Shown here: in pieces, positions 35,798-49,334 of the stretch
How positions within the stretch are numbered: the first letter of the stretch is position 1
How the letters are laid out: each line of letters starts with the position of its first letter
NCBI RefSeq assembly: GCF_963921235.1
Contig: NC_086097.1
Location: forward strand, 186,250,001 to 186,314,000
Source: Mobula hypostoma
Lineage: Eukaryota
Length of the DNA: 64,000 bases
Direction: 5' to 3'
Program-made: the position numbers and the translations under genes
The notes under the pieces: generated by a model
What the model was told of the DNA's origin: nothing
What the model saw: only the letters and a program-made list of their open reading frames with translations
Databases searched by the model: none

Positions 35798-38700
35798 CAA
35801 TAAGACCGTAAGTTATAGGAGCAGAAGTAGGCTATTTGGCCCACTGAGTCTGCTCCGTCATTCAATCATGGGCTCATCCAGTTCTTCCAGTCATCCCCAC
35901 TCCCCTGCCTTCTCCCCATACCCCTTGATACCTTGGCTAATCAGGAACCTATCTATCTCTACCTTAAATGCACCCAATGATTTGGCCTCCACAGCTGCTC
36001 ATGCAACAAATTTCACAGATTTACCACCCTTCGACTAAAGTAATTTCTCTGCATCTCTGTTCTAAATGGACGTCCTTCAATCCTGAAGTTATAACCTCTT
36101 GTCCTACACTCCCCTACCAAGAGAAGTAATTTTGCCATATCTAATCTTTCAGGCCTTTTAACGTTCAGAATGTTTCTATTGAGATCGCCCCTCATTCTCC
36201 TGAACTCCAGGGAATATAGCCCAAGAACTGGCAGACATTCCTCATACAGTCACCCTTTCATTCCTGGAATCATTCTCATGAATCTTCTCTGAATCCTCTC
36301 AGTATGTCAGTATATCCCTTCTAAAATAAGGAGCCCAAAACTGCACTTAATACTCCAAATGTGCTCCGAGTGCCTTATAAAGGCTCAACATCACATCCCC
36401 GCTCTTATATTCTATACCTCTAGAAATGAATGCCAACATTGCGTTCACCTTCCGCACCACCGACTCGACCTGGAGGTTAACCTTTTGGATATAGAAACAT
36501 AGAAACATAGAAAATAGGTGCAGGAGTAGGCCATTCGGCCCTTCAAGCCTGCATCGCCATTTATTATGATCATGGCTGATCCTCCAACTCAGAACCTCGC
36601 CCCCAGCCTTCCCTCCATACCCCCTGACCCCCGTAGCCACAAGGGCCATATCTAACTCCCTCTTAAATATAGCCAATGAACTGGCCTCAACTGTTTCCTG
36701 TGGCAGAGAATTCCACAGATTCACCACTCTCTGTGTGAAGAAGTTTTTCCTAATCTCGGTCCTAAAAGGCTTCCCCTCTATCCTCAAACTGTGGCCCCTC
36801 GTTCTGGACTTCCCCAACATCGGGAACAATCTTCCTGCATCTAGCCTGTCCAATCCCTTTAGGATCTTATACGTTTCAAACAGATCCCCCTTCAATCTTC
36901 TAAATTCCAACGAGTACAAGCCTAGTTCATCCAGTCTTTCTTCATATGAAAGTCCTGCCATCCCAGGAATCAATCTGGTGAACCTTCTTTGTACTCCCTC
37001 TATGGCAAGGATGTCTTTCCTCAGATTAGGGGACCAAAACTGCACACAATACTCCAGGTGTGGTCTCACCAAGGCCTTGTACAACTGCAGTAGTACCTCC
37101 CTGCTCCTGTACTCGAATCCTCTCGCTATAAATGCCAGCATACCGTTCGCCTTTTTCACCGCCTGCTGTACCTGCATGCCCACTTTCAATGACTGGTGTA
37201 TAATGACACCCAGGTCTCGTTGCACCTCCCCTTTTCCTAATCAGCCACCATTCAGATAATAATCTGTTTTCCTATTTTTGCCACCAAAGTGGATAACTTC
37301 ACATTTATCCACATTAAATTGCATCTGCCATGAATTTGCCCACTCACCCAACCTATCCAAGTCACCCTGCATCCTCTTAGCATCCTCCTCACAGCTAACA
37401 CTGCCACCCAGCTTCGTGTCATCCGCAAACTTGGAGATGCTGCATTTAATTCCCTCATCCAAGTCATTAATATATATTGTAAACAACTGGGGTCCCAGCA
37501 CTGAGCCTTGCGGTACCCCACTAGTCACCGCCTGCCATTCTGAAAAGGTCCGGTTTATTCCCACTCTTTGCTTCCTGTCTGCTAACCAATTCTCCACCCA
37601 CACCAATACCTTACCCCCAATACCGTGTGCTTTAAGTTTGCACACTAATCTCCTGTGTGGGACCTTGTCAAAAGCCTTTTGAAAATCCAAATATACCACA
37701 TCCACTGGTTCTCCCCTATCCACTCTACTAGTTACATCCTCAAAAAATTCTATGAGATTCGTCAGACGTGATTTTCCTTTCACAAATCCATGCTGACTTT
37801 GTCCGATGATTTCACCGCTTTCCAAATGTGCTGTTATCACATCCTTGATAACTGACTCCAGCAGTTTCCCCACCACCGACGTTAGGTTAACCGGTCTATA
37901 ATTCCCCGGTTTCTCTCTCCCTCCTTTTTTAAAAAGTGGAGTTACATTAGCCACCCTCCAATCCTCAGGAACTAGTCCAGAATCTAACGAGTTTTGAAAA
38001 ATTATCACTAATGCATCCACTATTTCTTGGGCTACTTCCTTAAGCACTCTGGGATGCAGACCATCTGGCCCAGGGGATTTATCTGCCTTCAATCCCTTCA
38101 ACTTACCTAACGCCACTTCCCTACTAACATGTATTTCGCTCAGTTCCTCCATCCCACTGGACCCTCTGTCCCTTACTATTTCTGGAAGGTTATTTATGTC
38201 CTCCTTAGTGAAGACAGAACCAAAGTAATTATTCAATTGGTCTGCCACGTCCTTGTTCCCCATAATCAATTCACCTGTTTTTGTCTGCAGGGGACCTACA
38301 TTTGTCTTTACCAGTCTTTTCCTTTTTACATATCTATAAAAGCTTTTACAGTCAGTTTTTATGTTCCATGCCAGTTTTCTCTCATAATCTTATTTCCCCT
38401 TCCTAATTAAGCCTTTTGTCCTCCTCTGCTGAACTCTGAATTTCTCCCAGTCCTCAGGTGAGCCACTTTCTCTGGCTAATTTGTTTGCTTCTTCTTTGGA
38501 ATTGATACTATCCCTAATTTCTCTTGTCAGCCACGGGTGCACTACCTTCCTTGATTTATTCTTTTGCCAAAAGGACCACCAAGTCCCTTTGCATCTCTGC
38601 ATTTTGAATTCTCTCCCAACCTAAATAATAGCCTACTTATTTATTTCTTCCACCAAAGTGCATGACCATACACTTTCCAACATTGTATTCAATTGCCGCT

Positions 38701-40640
38701 TCTTTGTCCATTCCCTAAACTAGCTAAGTCCCTCTGCAGGCTCTCTGTTTCCTCGACACTATCCACTCCTCCACCTATCTTTGTATCATCAGCAAATTTA
38801 GCCACAAATCCATTAATCCTGTACATCATAAAAAGCAGCGGTCCAAACATCAACCCCTGTGGAACTCCACTGGTAACCAGCAGCCGCCAGAATAGTATCC
38901 CTTTATTCCCACTCCCTGTTTTCTGCTGATCAGCCAATGCTCTACCCACGCTAGTAACTCCCCTGTAATTCCATGGGCTCTTATCTTGCTAAGCAGCTTC
39001 ATGTGCAGCATCTTGTCAAAGGCCTTCTGAAAATCCAAGTACACCACATCTACTTCATCTCCTTCGTCTACCCTGCTTGTAATTTCCTCAAAAGATCGCA
39101 GTAGGTTAGTTGGGCAGGATTCTTCTTTCAGGAAATCATGCTGGCTTTGGCCTATCTTGTCATGAGCCTCCAGGGTATTCCGTAATCTCATCCCTAAAAA
39201 TCGATTCCAACAACTTCCCAGCCACTGATGTCAGGCTAACAGGTCTATAGTTTCCTTTCTGCTGTCTCCCACCCTTCTTAAATAGTGGAGTAACATTTGC
39301 AATTTTCCAGTCACCCGGTACAATGCCAGAATCTATCAATTCTTGAAAGATCATTGTTAATGCCTCCACAATCTCTCCAGCTACTTCCTTCAGAACCCAA
39401 GGGTGCATTCCATCAGGTCCAGGAGATTTGTCCACCCTCAGACTGTTAAGCTTCCTGAGCATCTTCTCAGTCCTTATTTTCACTGCAGATACTTCACTTC
39501 TCTGACACTCTTGAATGTCCGGTATACTGTTGACATCTTCCGCTGTGAAGAGTGATGCAAAATATTCATTCAGTTCCTCTGCCGTCTCTGTGTCTCTCAT
39601 TACAATATTTCCAGCGTCATTTTCTATTGGTCCTATATCTACCCTCAACTCTCTTTTACCCTTTATATACTTAAAAAAGCTTTTAGTATCTTCTTTGATA
39701 TTAGTCACCAGATCCTTTCTTAATTCATCTTTTCCTTCCTAATGACCTTCTTAGTTTCCTTCTGTAAGTTTTTAAAAATTTCCCAATTGTCTATCTTCCC
39801 ACTAGCTTTGGCTTCCTTGTATGCCCTCTCTTTTGCTTTTACTTTGGCTCTGACTTCATTTCTCAGCCACAGTAGTGTCCTTCTTCCATTTGGAAATTTT
39901 TTCTTCTTTGGAATATATCTGTCTTGCACTTCCCTCACTTTTTGTCCTTCCTGCTAGTGTCCCTTTGCAGTCAACTTTGGCCAGTTCCCCTCTCATACCA
40001 TTGTAATTTCCTTTATTCCACTGAAATACCAACACTTTGGAACTTAGTTTCTCCTTCTCAAGTTTCAAAGTGAACTTGATCATTGTTTCCTAAGGGTTCC
40101 TTAACCTTAAGATTTCTTTTCACCTCTGGATCATTGCACAACACCCAATCCAGCACGGCCGATCCCCTAGTGGGCTCAACAACAAGCTGTTCTAAAAAGC
40201 CATCCCTTAGACACACTACAAATTCTCTCTCTTGAGATACAGTACTGACCTAGTTTTCCCAATCCACTTTCCTGTTAAAATTCCCAATGATTATCATGAC
40301 ATTGCCCTTCTGACATGCCTTTTCTACATCCTGCTGTAATTTGTAATCCACATCCCAGCTGCTGTTTGGAGGCCTGTATACAATTGCCATTAAGGTCCTT
40401 TACCCTTGCTATTTCTTAACTCAACCCAAAGAGACTCTACACCTTCCAATCCCATATCATTCCTTTCTAATGGTTGAATGTTACTTCATATACACAGGGC
40501 CACACCACCCCCTCTGCCTACTAACCTACCTTTCCGATACACCGTATATCCTTGGACATTCAGTTCCCAATGGTAGTCATCCTTTAGCCAAGTTTCTGAG
40601 ATGGCCACAACATCATACTTGCCAATCTGTAGCAGAATTT
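35798..40640 (-). mobile_element. Older CR1 (family C-like) ORF2, 35798-36490 plus 38572-40640, interrupted by a family A copy
   Basis: EN (ISETWL), linker and RT (FADD) fragments on the minus strand. The 3' end resembles 27924-28100. Confidence 0.9.
36491..38571 (-). mobile_element. CR1 family A, 5'-truncated, nested
   Basis: ORFs 37241-38269 and 36347-37225; (TTCTATGT)n tail. Confidence 0.95.
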
Positions 40641-40919
40641 CAAGAACTAATCTACAAAGATGAAGGTAAACACTTAATGGTTGTTTCTGTTGTAATAATT
40701 CCTGGCTGAAAGCAATTGCACCCGTAATACACACTGCATTAAGGTTTTAAGAATAAATATAAAAATAATAACTGTTTAGAATGCCAATATTTACTTAGTT
40801 GCACATTGCACACACGTATCGAACAATCACCAGTTCTTCTGAGTTCACCCATACAGGTTGAATTGGTCTTCACCAAGTTTTACATTTGGCACGCATTGAT
40901 GTAATCTACCTAGCGTCAT

Positions 40920-42790
40920 CGAATCATACAGAATGGAAACAGGCTGCTTGGTCCAATTCATCCATACTGATCAGTAGGCATCTCCCTGTACTACATGGGG
41001 AAAAAATTCCTGCAGACTATCCTCTTTATGCCCCTCATAATTTTGTATGCTTCAATCATGTTCCCTCTTAACCTCCTCCATTTCAGAAAGAGCAGAATGA
41101 GCTTCTCCAGTGTCCCCTGACAACTGCATCCCAGACATCATTCCGGAAATTAATCTCCTCTGGATCACCTCCATGTACTTTGGTGACCAGAACTGCATGC
41201 AATGGTCCAGCTGAGGTCTGTCCAGGATTTATAAAGTTGGAACATATCTTCCTTATTTCTGTATATGATGCCCCAGCTAATGAAGGCCAGTATTCCATAA
41301 ATCTTCTGCATCACATTATCTTCCTGTATTGCCACATTCAAGATTCTATGACTTATAGCACAAGGTCCTTCTGTCCCTTAATACCCCTTAAGACCCCACC
41401 ACTCATGGCCCATGTCCTAACTTCATTGATATTCCCGTTTATATCATCTCACATCTGTCTACGTTATACTCAATCTGCCATTTTTCAGCCATGTCTCTGT
41501 AGTCCAAGACCACCTTCCACACTGTACACAACATCACTAATCATTGAGTCATCCACGAATTTACAGTCCACATCCATACTGACATCACATCTACATCCAT
41601 ATCCACATCCAAGTCATTCATGTATATTAGAAATGGCATGGGTCTCAGCACCAATCCTTGCTGGACAGCATGGGCACCTACTGGACTCAGCCTTTTCTCT
41701 GATTATTCATTTGTCCTTAATATACTTATGGAATGCCTTTTGCTTTACCTTAATCTTACCTACCACTGATATTTCATGACACCCTTAGCCTTCCTATTTT
41801 TCTTTCAAAGTTCCTCCCTACACATTTTTTACTCTTTATAGGCCCCCCCCCCGTACCTGTCATATGCTTCTTTGTCTTCATCCAACCTCCAATATTCCTT
41901 GCCATTTAAAATTCCTATCATTTTTAACATTACAAAATGTGTTGGCCTTGAACTCTTACTTTGAATACCTCGTACTAGAAGTCATAGAATCTTGAAGGTG
42001 GCAACACAGGAAGATAATGTGATACAGAAGACTTTTAGAATACTGGCCTTGATTAGCTGGGGCATCACATACAGAAATAAAGAAGATATGTTCCAACTTT
42101 GAATGCTCCCCACTGCATAAATATGACCTCAACAGCAGGAAGATGCACCCAAACTACTTCTACTTGGACCTCTCTCACGTTAATAAAATTTCAGTTCTAT
42201 CTTAAGACATTTGTTGCTGGTCCTTCCCTATTCTTTCTTATCACCATTTAAAGTATACAATGTTATGGTTACTGTCTCTGAAATGATCCTCCACTAAAAC
42301 TCCCTCCTCTTGATTAGTTACATCCCTTAGCTATGGATAAGTAATGCTTCTTCCTTTGTTGGTCTATTGATATACTTCATCAAAAAGTTCTCCATGACAA
42401 CCCTTTGAGCCTTTAGAGCTAACAAAATCCCATTAAATATTTGAGAAATTGAAAACCCCAGTAAGGCTACTCTACTTTAATTGAATCTCTCTGATATCTC
42501 ATGACATATCTGTTCCTCTATATGCTGTTGATGTTGGTTGGTCTAACCCACTCCCAGCAAGGTGGCAATATATTTCTGTTTATTATCACTACCCGCATGA
42601 TCTGTTTGAGAAGCCTTTCAAGATATCACCTCCCCACCCCCACTATCCTGAAGATGTGTAAACTTTGACAAATAGTTCACTTTCTCAGATGTCTCACCTG
42701 AAAATTCTATACCCTGTGTCCATCCTTGAACCGTACCTCAGGAATGGCAACAGTATTGTAGATACCCAAGTTAATCAAAACTTTGAGCTC
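40920..42790 (-). mobile_element. Ancient, heavily deleted CR1 remnant
   Basis: 3' tail gaatcatacagaatggaaacaggc, plus decayed RP.L..C.QFWSP and FVDDS motifs. Confidence 0.55.
41233..42100. repeat. Local inverted duplication, ~126 bp (41233-41358 versus 41975-42100)
   Basis: Gap-free reverse-complement match with only scattered mismatches. Confidence 0.9.
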
Positions 42791-43604
42791 AACTACTTTA
42801 CTAGTGTAAGCCCTTGCATTAAAATACAGGTGCTGGGTTCTCTTGATGTGCACTATCTGCCGTTCTTGTGTGTGCAGTCACTTAAGGAGATGCCACATTT
42901 TTGAAAAGAGTACATGTTTATTTTTTCAGCAGCTAACTTAAACATCAGGCTGTTAGAGCTCTTAGATTATTAGTTTCAATGAAGGAAACTTATACATTTG
43001 TTTCGCGATAGTGACCTGTTTTAAGCGACAATTAAGGAGAAGTCCTTTGAAGAATCAAAAATAGTGTATTGTGTGATTCTTTCCCGTCAGCTAAAATCAT
43101 TTTGTTCTTTGGATGGTCTTTCAATTGTCGTTTCAAAGGAGAAGACTATACATTAGCATCAGTGGAGAAATCACATTGATGGTGGTCGAACAGATCAGTA
43201 GCACGTTACCCACAGTTGCAGTGGCCATACTAGGGAAAGTGCATGGCCTTTTCTAGTTTGTTCCCTGTATTTTGTTGGGAAAGTGACAAAAGTATTGGCA
43301 GATAAACAAGAATAGTGTGACCTACTCGATGTTTTGATGTATGAATGACTGACAAGTATAATGGCTTGAAATGAACCAGCTTTGTAAATGTTTAATGCAG
43401 CGGTGACTTAGCAGCAACAGCCAGTATGATGTGTTCTGGATGCCATGTGAAGGTCAAAGACCAGTAAACAGAACAGCACATCGACTGCTTCTCCACTGAA
43501 CTATAAGAAATACCAAAGACGTGTTTTCTAAGATGTGCCTGCAGTTGCAGTATCTGGGCAGAATGAGTTACATCAGTCACCTCACAATGATCTCTCCTCC
43601 TCCT

Positions 43605-43830
43605 CAAAGATCATCGACACAGGGTCCTGAAGACCCAACTTAATAGTTCTGAAATAGCGCCTTCCCTTTCACCATCAGATTACTGAATATTCTGTGAAAC
43701 CATGAATGCTACCTCATTATTCCCTTTTACGCATTATACGTTTATTTTTATAATTTATGGTAATTGTATGTCTTTGCCACAAAGCAATAAATTTCACATC
43801 ATTTAAATCAGTGATAATAAATTTAAATCT
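43605..43830 (+). repeat. Old Rex/Babar- or L2-like 3' fragment
   Basis: Decayed NS.FP..IRLLN and aataaa..t.aatctga tail. Confidence 0.5.
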
Positions 43831-43867
43831 GAAGATATTTGGCTTCTTCTTTCAAAACAAGTATTGA

Positions 43868-44172
43868 ACATAGAACATAGAACACAATGTAATGCCGGAA
43901 ATCTAACCTACAACAAATTCAGACTTACATTTCCATCCCACATAGCTCTCCATTTTCCTTTCATCTATGTACCTATCTGGGTCTCTTAAATATCCCAATA
44001 AAGTTGCCCCTACTGCTACTTCTGACAGCACATTCCATGCACCTACCACTTACTGTATAAAAAGCCTACCTCTGACATTCCTCCATTCAACTTAAAATTC
44101 TGCCCTGTCATATTACCATTTCACCCTGTGAAAAAAGGTGATGGTTATGCACTCTATCAATGCATCTTATCA
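43868..44172 (-). mobile_element. Old CR1 3'-end fragment
   Basis: (aacatag)n tail; similar to 2640-2880. Confidence 0.6.
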
Positions 44173-45300
44173 ACTTATGATTGATTGACTTGATTGATCA
44201 GTTGTCTGTCGGTATCTGACAGTGACAGTTGGATTTGTGCATTTCTCTGTTGGGCATGGTGATGTGGAATGCATGACGAAACCTACGTCAGAGAGTTTCT
44301 AAAGTGGAAAAGCCGCTGCAATGGGATAGTTGCACTGTCTCCACCTCGGAAGTCTGCTGCAGTGGTACAAGTAGTCATCACAACAGGGGTCTTCCTAGAC
44401 TGCAGCGGATGACCACTTCTTCTGTGCCTCGTCATGTCCTTCGTTCTCTACAAAGCATCGCAGAACTGCTGTTGAATCAAAGCTGCATCCAAAGTGCCAT
44501 ACACCTCTGTCAAATCACCTCTCACTGCTCTTCAACTTGAAAACAAACTGCTGGAAGAACTCGGCAAGTTGGACAGTCCAATTTAGTGTAACATTCAAAA
44601 ATGCAAGTGAACATTCTACCAGGGATTATTTTGTGTTTCTCAGACATGTCTAATTGCTTTATTCCAACTCTGTGTTATGAGACTATTCTAGTGCCCTAAT
44701 AGCTGTCAAGATTAAAATAAGTGAATCCAGCCAAGAAGCTTCACTGGATGAATAAACATTACCACCATGTTTGCAAAATGCCAATATACGACCTGATGGA
44801 CAGGAGTGACAAATGCACTGAAGCAATTATCTTCCTCCTTTTCTGTGTTTATAAAATATCTTCCAGAGGGTAGGCAAGGAGTGATGGCTAACCAGTTTTG
44901 GCTGCAAACTTGCTATTGCACAGAGGTTTTGTGGTTTGTGTAAATGCATGTGGGAGATAGAGAGTGTCAGTGCATGGACCCCTACAGAATTCAGTTACTG
45001 GAACTCAAAGAGGCTTTCTCCAATTTCCTGCTCCAAATGCATTTTGTGAACTGTAATCAAGGGATGAAAAGATGAATGTTAGCCAGTGGGATTGAGGTGA
45101 CAGATATGGTGCGTGAAGTGTGGGGAATAGATCACTGATTAGTATCTAACTACAGTAGAGGATGTAGCTACCAAAGAAGAGTAAGTGTAGGTGTGTGCAG
45201 GCTCCTTTGACGTGGGATAGAATATGTGGATCAGGCAACATTAATTTCGATCAGGTGAAAGAGGAAGCTTTTGTTTAAATGACAGGCTATGTAGAGATTT

Positions 45301-47719
45301 GGAGAGAAGCGAGATTTCTCGGTGGTTGTTGCATACTTGTCGATTGTCCTTCCTCTTGTAGAGGTGTACGATGGAAGCATCTTTAAGTTCCTGAGGAATG
45401 GATCCTTGCTTCCAAAGAGACTGGGACAACTCAGTGAGCTTCTCTATAAATACAGGACCACTGGCTTTGTAGATCTCTACAGGTATGGCGTCTGCCCCTG
45501 GGGCTTTGCCACTGGATAGCTAGCTGACAGCTTCCGTGACTTCGGCTACTACTGGTGGGTTATCCATGGTGCTGTTGATGTTGATCTGGGGAATCCTGTC
45601 TATCACCTCATCGTTAATAGATGACAGTCGGTTGAGGACGGTTTCAAAGTGTTCAGCCCATCTCTGCAGGATCTGAGCCTTCTCTGTAATGAGAGTTGTA
45701 CCATCTATACTCAGGAGGGGGGAACTCCTGAGAGACTGAGGTCCGTAGAGAGTGCTGAGGGCTTCATGGAATCGTTTCAAGTCATTTCTGTCAGCGTATG
45801 CCTGTATTTCATCTGCTTTGGCGCTTAGCCAGGCATCTTGCATTTTACACAGTTTATTCTGGACTATCCTGCGAGCACTGGTGAAGGCGTTTTCTTGGCA
45901 GCTGATGGTGGGTCGTTCTGATGGGCACGATGAAGGCCGTGCTTTTCAACAAGTAAAGCCTGTACCTCCTCATTATTCTCATCGAACCAGTCATGCTGCT
46001 TGCGGATAGACAGCCCTAGCATCTTCAGTGCAGATGAATGGACAGCATCCCTGAAGTGTTCCCAGTCGTCCACAGCGCTGCCTGCAAGGTGCAGGTCAGC
46101 AAGCTTGGTTTCTAAATCTTCAGCCAGTGCTGAAGCTATGCTGGGGTTCTTCAGCCTGGCCACATTGATTCTTTTCATAGCCTTGCTTCCTTGTGGGAAA
46201 AGCCCTTGCAAGAGTCCTGCTAAATCGTCTGGCCACTCATCTGGAGCTGGGCCTGCTGCCAGAGTCACAGTGTGGCTTTCGCAAAGGTTGTGGGACTATT
46301 GAGATGATTTATGCCGTGCGCCAGCTTCAGGAGAAGTGCCAGGAGCAGAATCACAAACCCTACACAACTTTTGTTGACCTCACGAAAGCCTTCGACACTG
46401 TCTGTTGACAAGGCCTGTGGAGGGTCATGTCAAAGTTCGGCTGCCCCGCCAAATTCATTCAGATGGTATGCCAGTTCCATGATGACATGATGGCCAGAGT
46501 GCTGGATGGCGGAGAATCCTCTGAGGTGTTCCCAGTCACCAATGGTGTCAAACAGGGCTGTGAGCTCGCACCCACACTGTTCAGCTTGATGCTTACTGCC
46601 ATGCTGAATGATGCCTTCCAGGACAGTGATGCTGGAATCAGCCTCAAGTATAGAGTGGTTGGGAAACTCTTCAACCTGAGGAGACTTCAAGCTACTACCA
46701 AAGTGAAGGAGACTGTTCTGAGAGTCTTCCTCTTTGTTGATGATTGCGCCCTGTATGCTGGCTCGGAGCCAGAGATGCAAGTCAATATGGACAAATTCTC
46801 CACGGCTTGTGACAACTTTGGACTCACCACTAACATCAAAAAGACTGAAGTCATGAACCAGCCTGCTCCTCATGCACCGTACACAGAACCCAAAACAAAG
46901 GACAGAAACTACAGGCAGCGGACCAGTTTACTTACCTTGGCAGCACCCTCTCCCGAACAGTGACTATTGATACCGAAGTTAACTGCAGAATAGCAAAGGC
47001 AAGTTCTGCTTTTGGTAGTCTGCTCTCCACTGTATGGGAACGTCAAAGAATCAGTCCAGCAACAAAACTGAAGGTCTACAGAGTCGTGGTACTCACTACC
47101 CTCCTGTATGCCTGTGAAACGTGGACTGTGTATCAAAGGCATGCAAGACATTTCCACATGACTTGTCTTCGCAGAATATTAGGCATCAGATGGCAAGACA
47201 AAGTACTAGACACTGAAGTTCTCCCTAGAGCAAGTCTACCATCAGTCCACACACTGCTGATGAGAGCACAGACCTGGTGGGCAGGCCGTGGCATCCGCAT
47301 GCCGGACTTGCGCATACACAAGCAGCTCCTTTTTGGGGAACTCTCTGCTGGAAGACGTTCGCATGGAGGGCAGAAGAAACGTTACCAAGACACACTAAAG
47401 GCCTCCCTGAAGTTGTTTGACGTAGACACGACCTCTTGGGAAATGCTGGCAGAAGACTGCCCTACCTGGCGTGGCCTCATCCACAAGGGCTGTCAAGCTT
47501 ACGAAGCAAGGCGCACTGCTGAAGCACAACATAATCGTGAGCTGCGCAAGTCCAGAGCCACCAGCGCAACGACTGCAGTGCCTACACATGTCTGCCCAAC
47601 ATGTGCCAGGACATTCCATGCCCGAATTGGCCTGACCAGTCATCTTTGGACACACCGCATCCAGTCTCAAAGTGACTAACGGTGTCGAGGTCTTCATCGA
47701 CGATGATGGACGAACCGCC
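45301..47719 (+). mobile_element. RTE-clade LINE, 5'-truncated with inverted 5' segment (45301-~46196 minus; ~46195-47719 plus) and 12-bp TSD
   Basis: PESQCGFR, FVDLTKAFD, GVKQGC.LAP, FVDD, LLYACETW and C-terminal C2H2 (CPTC...HLWTH). atgtagagattt at 45289-45300 and 47720-47731. Confidence 0.93.
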
Positions 47720-48227
47720 ATGTAGAGATTTACTATTGACAGTAATTTTTTTTGCTATAGCTCTTCCCTGCTGTAAAGCACTCCTTTTGGTTTTCACTTC
47801 CTACCATTGGGATTTTGAAGGCTGCCATTAGAAAATATGGAATTCCATTTGCACCCAATACCACCTCCATTGCAGCTATTCAATAGTGAAACAACTCACA
47901 ATGAAGCCAGTGGAAAGACTTTGAGGAAAAGGTTGAATGACTCCATACATTCCCATTAAGAGTTAAAACTATTATATGTCTGACCTCTCACTCACGTTTG
48001 GAGATGCATGGTATTACTGCAACAACAAGCATTTTGAATGACTAAAAGCAAAACCAACACCATATGCTTTTAAATGCATACATCAAGAAGCACTGAAAAA
48101 CTGAACTGGAAACAAACAAGTGTGGCTAACCCTGCTATTTTAACTCCTATTTTAAGGGGGCTCTTGAAAGAACGACGAGGGCAAAATTTCTCAGAGGATA
48201 GATAACCTTGGCAAACTCTGAGTCAAA

Positions 48228-48930
48228 ATTAGAATTCAAATCAGATTTACTATTGTTGACATATGACCTGAAATTTATTGTTTTGCACTAGCCGTACAGT
48301 GAAAAGACATAAAATTGCTATAAGTTACAAAATAAAACAATTAGTGCAAAAACAGAATAATGAGAGAGTGTTCATGGCTCATGGATTGGTCAGAAATCTG
48401 ATAGCAGAGGGGAAGAAGCTGTTCCTAAGATATTGAATTTGGGTCTTCATGCTCCTGTACCTCCTCCCTGATGTTAGTAACACAAAAAGGGCCTGTCCTA
48501 TATGGGAAGGTACCTTAATGATGAATGCCCCCTTCTTAGGGCAGGACCTTGTAAAAAAAATCCTCAGTGCAGGAGGATTGTGTCCATGATAGAGCTGGCT
48601 AAATCTACAACACTCTGCAGCCTCATGTGATCCTGTGCATTGCAGGCTCCATGTCAGGCTGTCGTGCAACTTGTCAGAAATTTGTAAGAGTCTTTGGTGA
48701 CATATCTAATCTCCTTAAACTCCTAATGAAGTAGAGCCATTGAGATGCTTTATTCATAATTGCATCAATGTGTCGGGCTCGGGATAGATCCTCTGAGATA
48801 TTGATGCCCATGAACTTGAAACTGTTCACCCTTTTCACTGTTGATTCCTTAATAAGGACTGGTGTTTGTTCTCCCCACTTCTTCTTCCTAAAGTCCACCA
48901 TCCATTCCTTGGTCTCACTGACATTGAGTC
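48228..48930 (-). mobile_element. Rex1/Babar-like LINE 3' fragment
   Basis: VDFRK...V.SFKF.G..ISEDLS...KA.Q.LYF.R.LRR and SGRRYRS...RNSFFP.AIR. Confidence 0.8.
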
Positions 48931-49334
48931 ATTCTGATTCTGATTGTGATTTAATTTTCAGGTTTCTCATGGTATTTTCTTTGACATAATCTGAATTAGC
49001 ATTAGTGGTTTATTTTGATGGAAATGATGGCATGAGGCAATGCTAGGCCCAAAGACTAAATATAAGTTGGAATAGAATTTAATTAATGTAATCATGACTG
49101 GATGTAGCTGTAGCTAGTGATGTGGTGAGGATGAGATAAAGTAAGCTTTTTCCAGTGAAGATTCTCTCATCACCCTGGGTGATCTGTGAAATTGCATTTG
49201 AGCTAGTCTTAGTATTGGATCTACAGATCCCCCACTTTAGTACAAGCAGGAGAAATTATACACAAGTTGAGATAGGTGGTTAAGAGTTATAAGTTTCCTT
49301 GCCATTGTTTTACTTGAGGTTATGAGAATTTATG

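Noticed and set aside
36347..37225. Apparent novel RT fusion ORF with extended C-terminus
   Set aside because: Read-through from the nested family A copy via its 3' UTR into the host CR1; a chance frame fusion.
44195..44470. GC-richer stretch resembling an interspersed repeat (possibly RTE-related UTR)
   Set aside because: I could not assign family or boundaries from this window alone.
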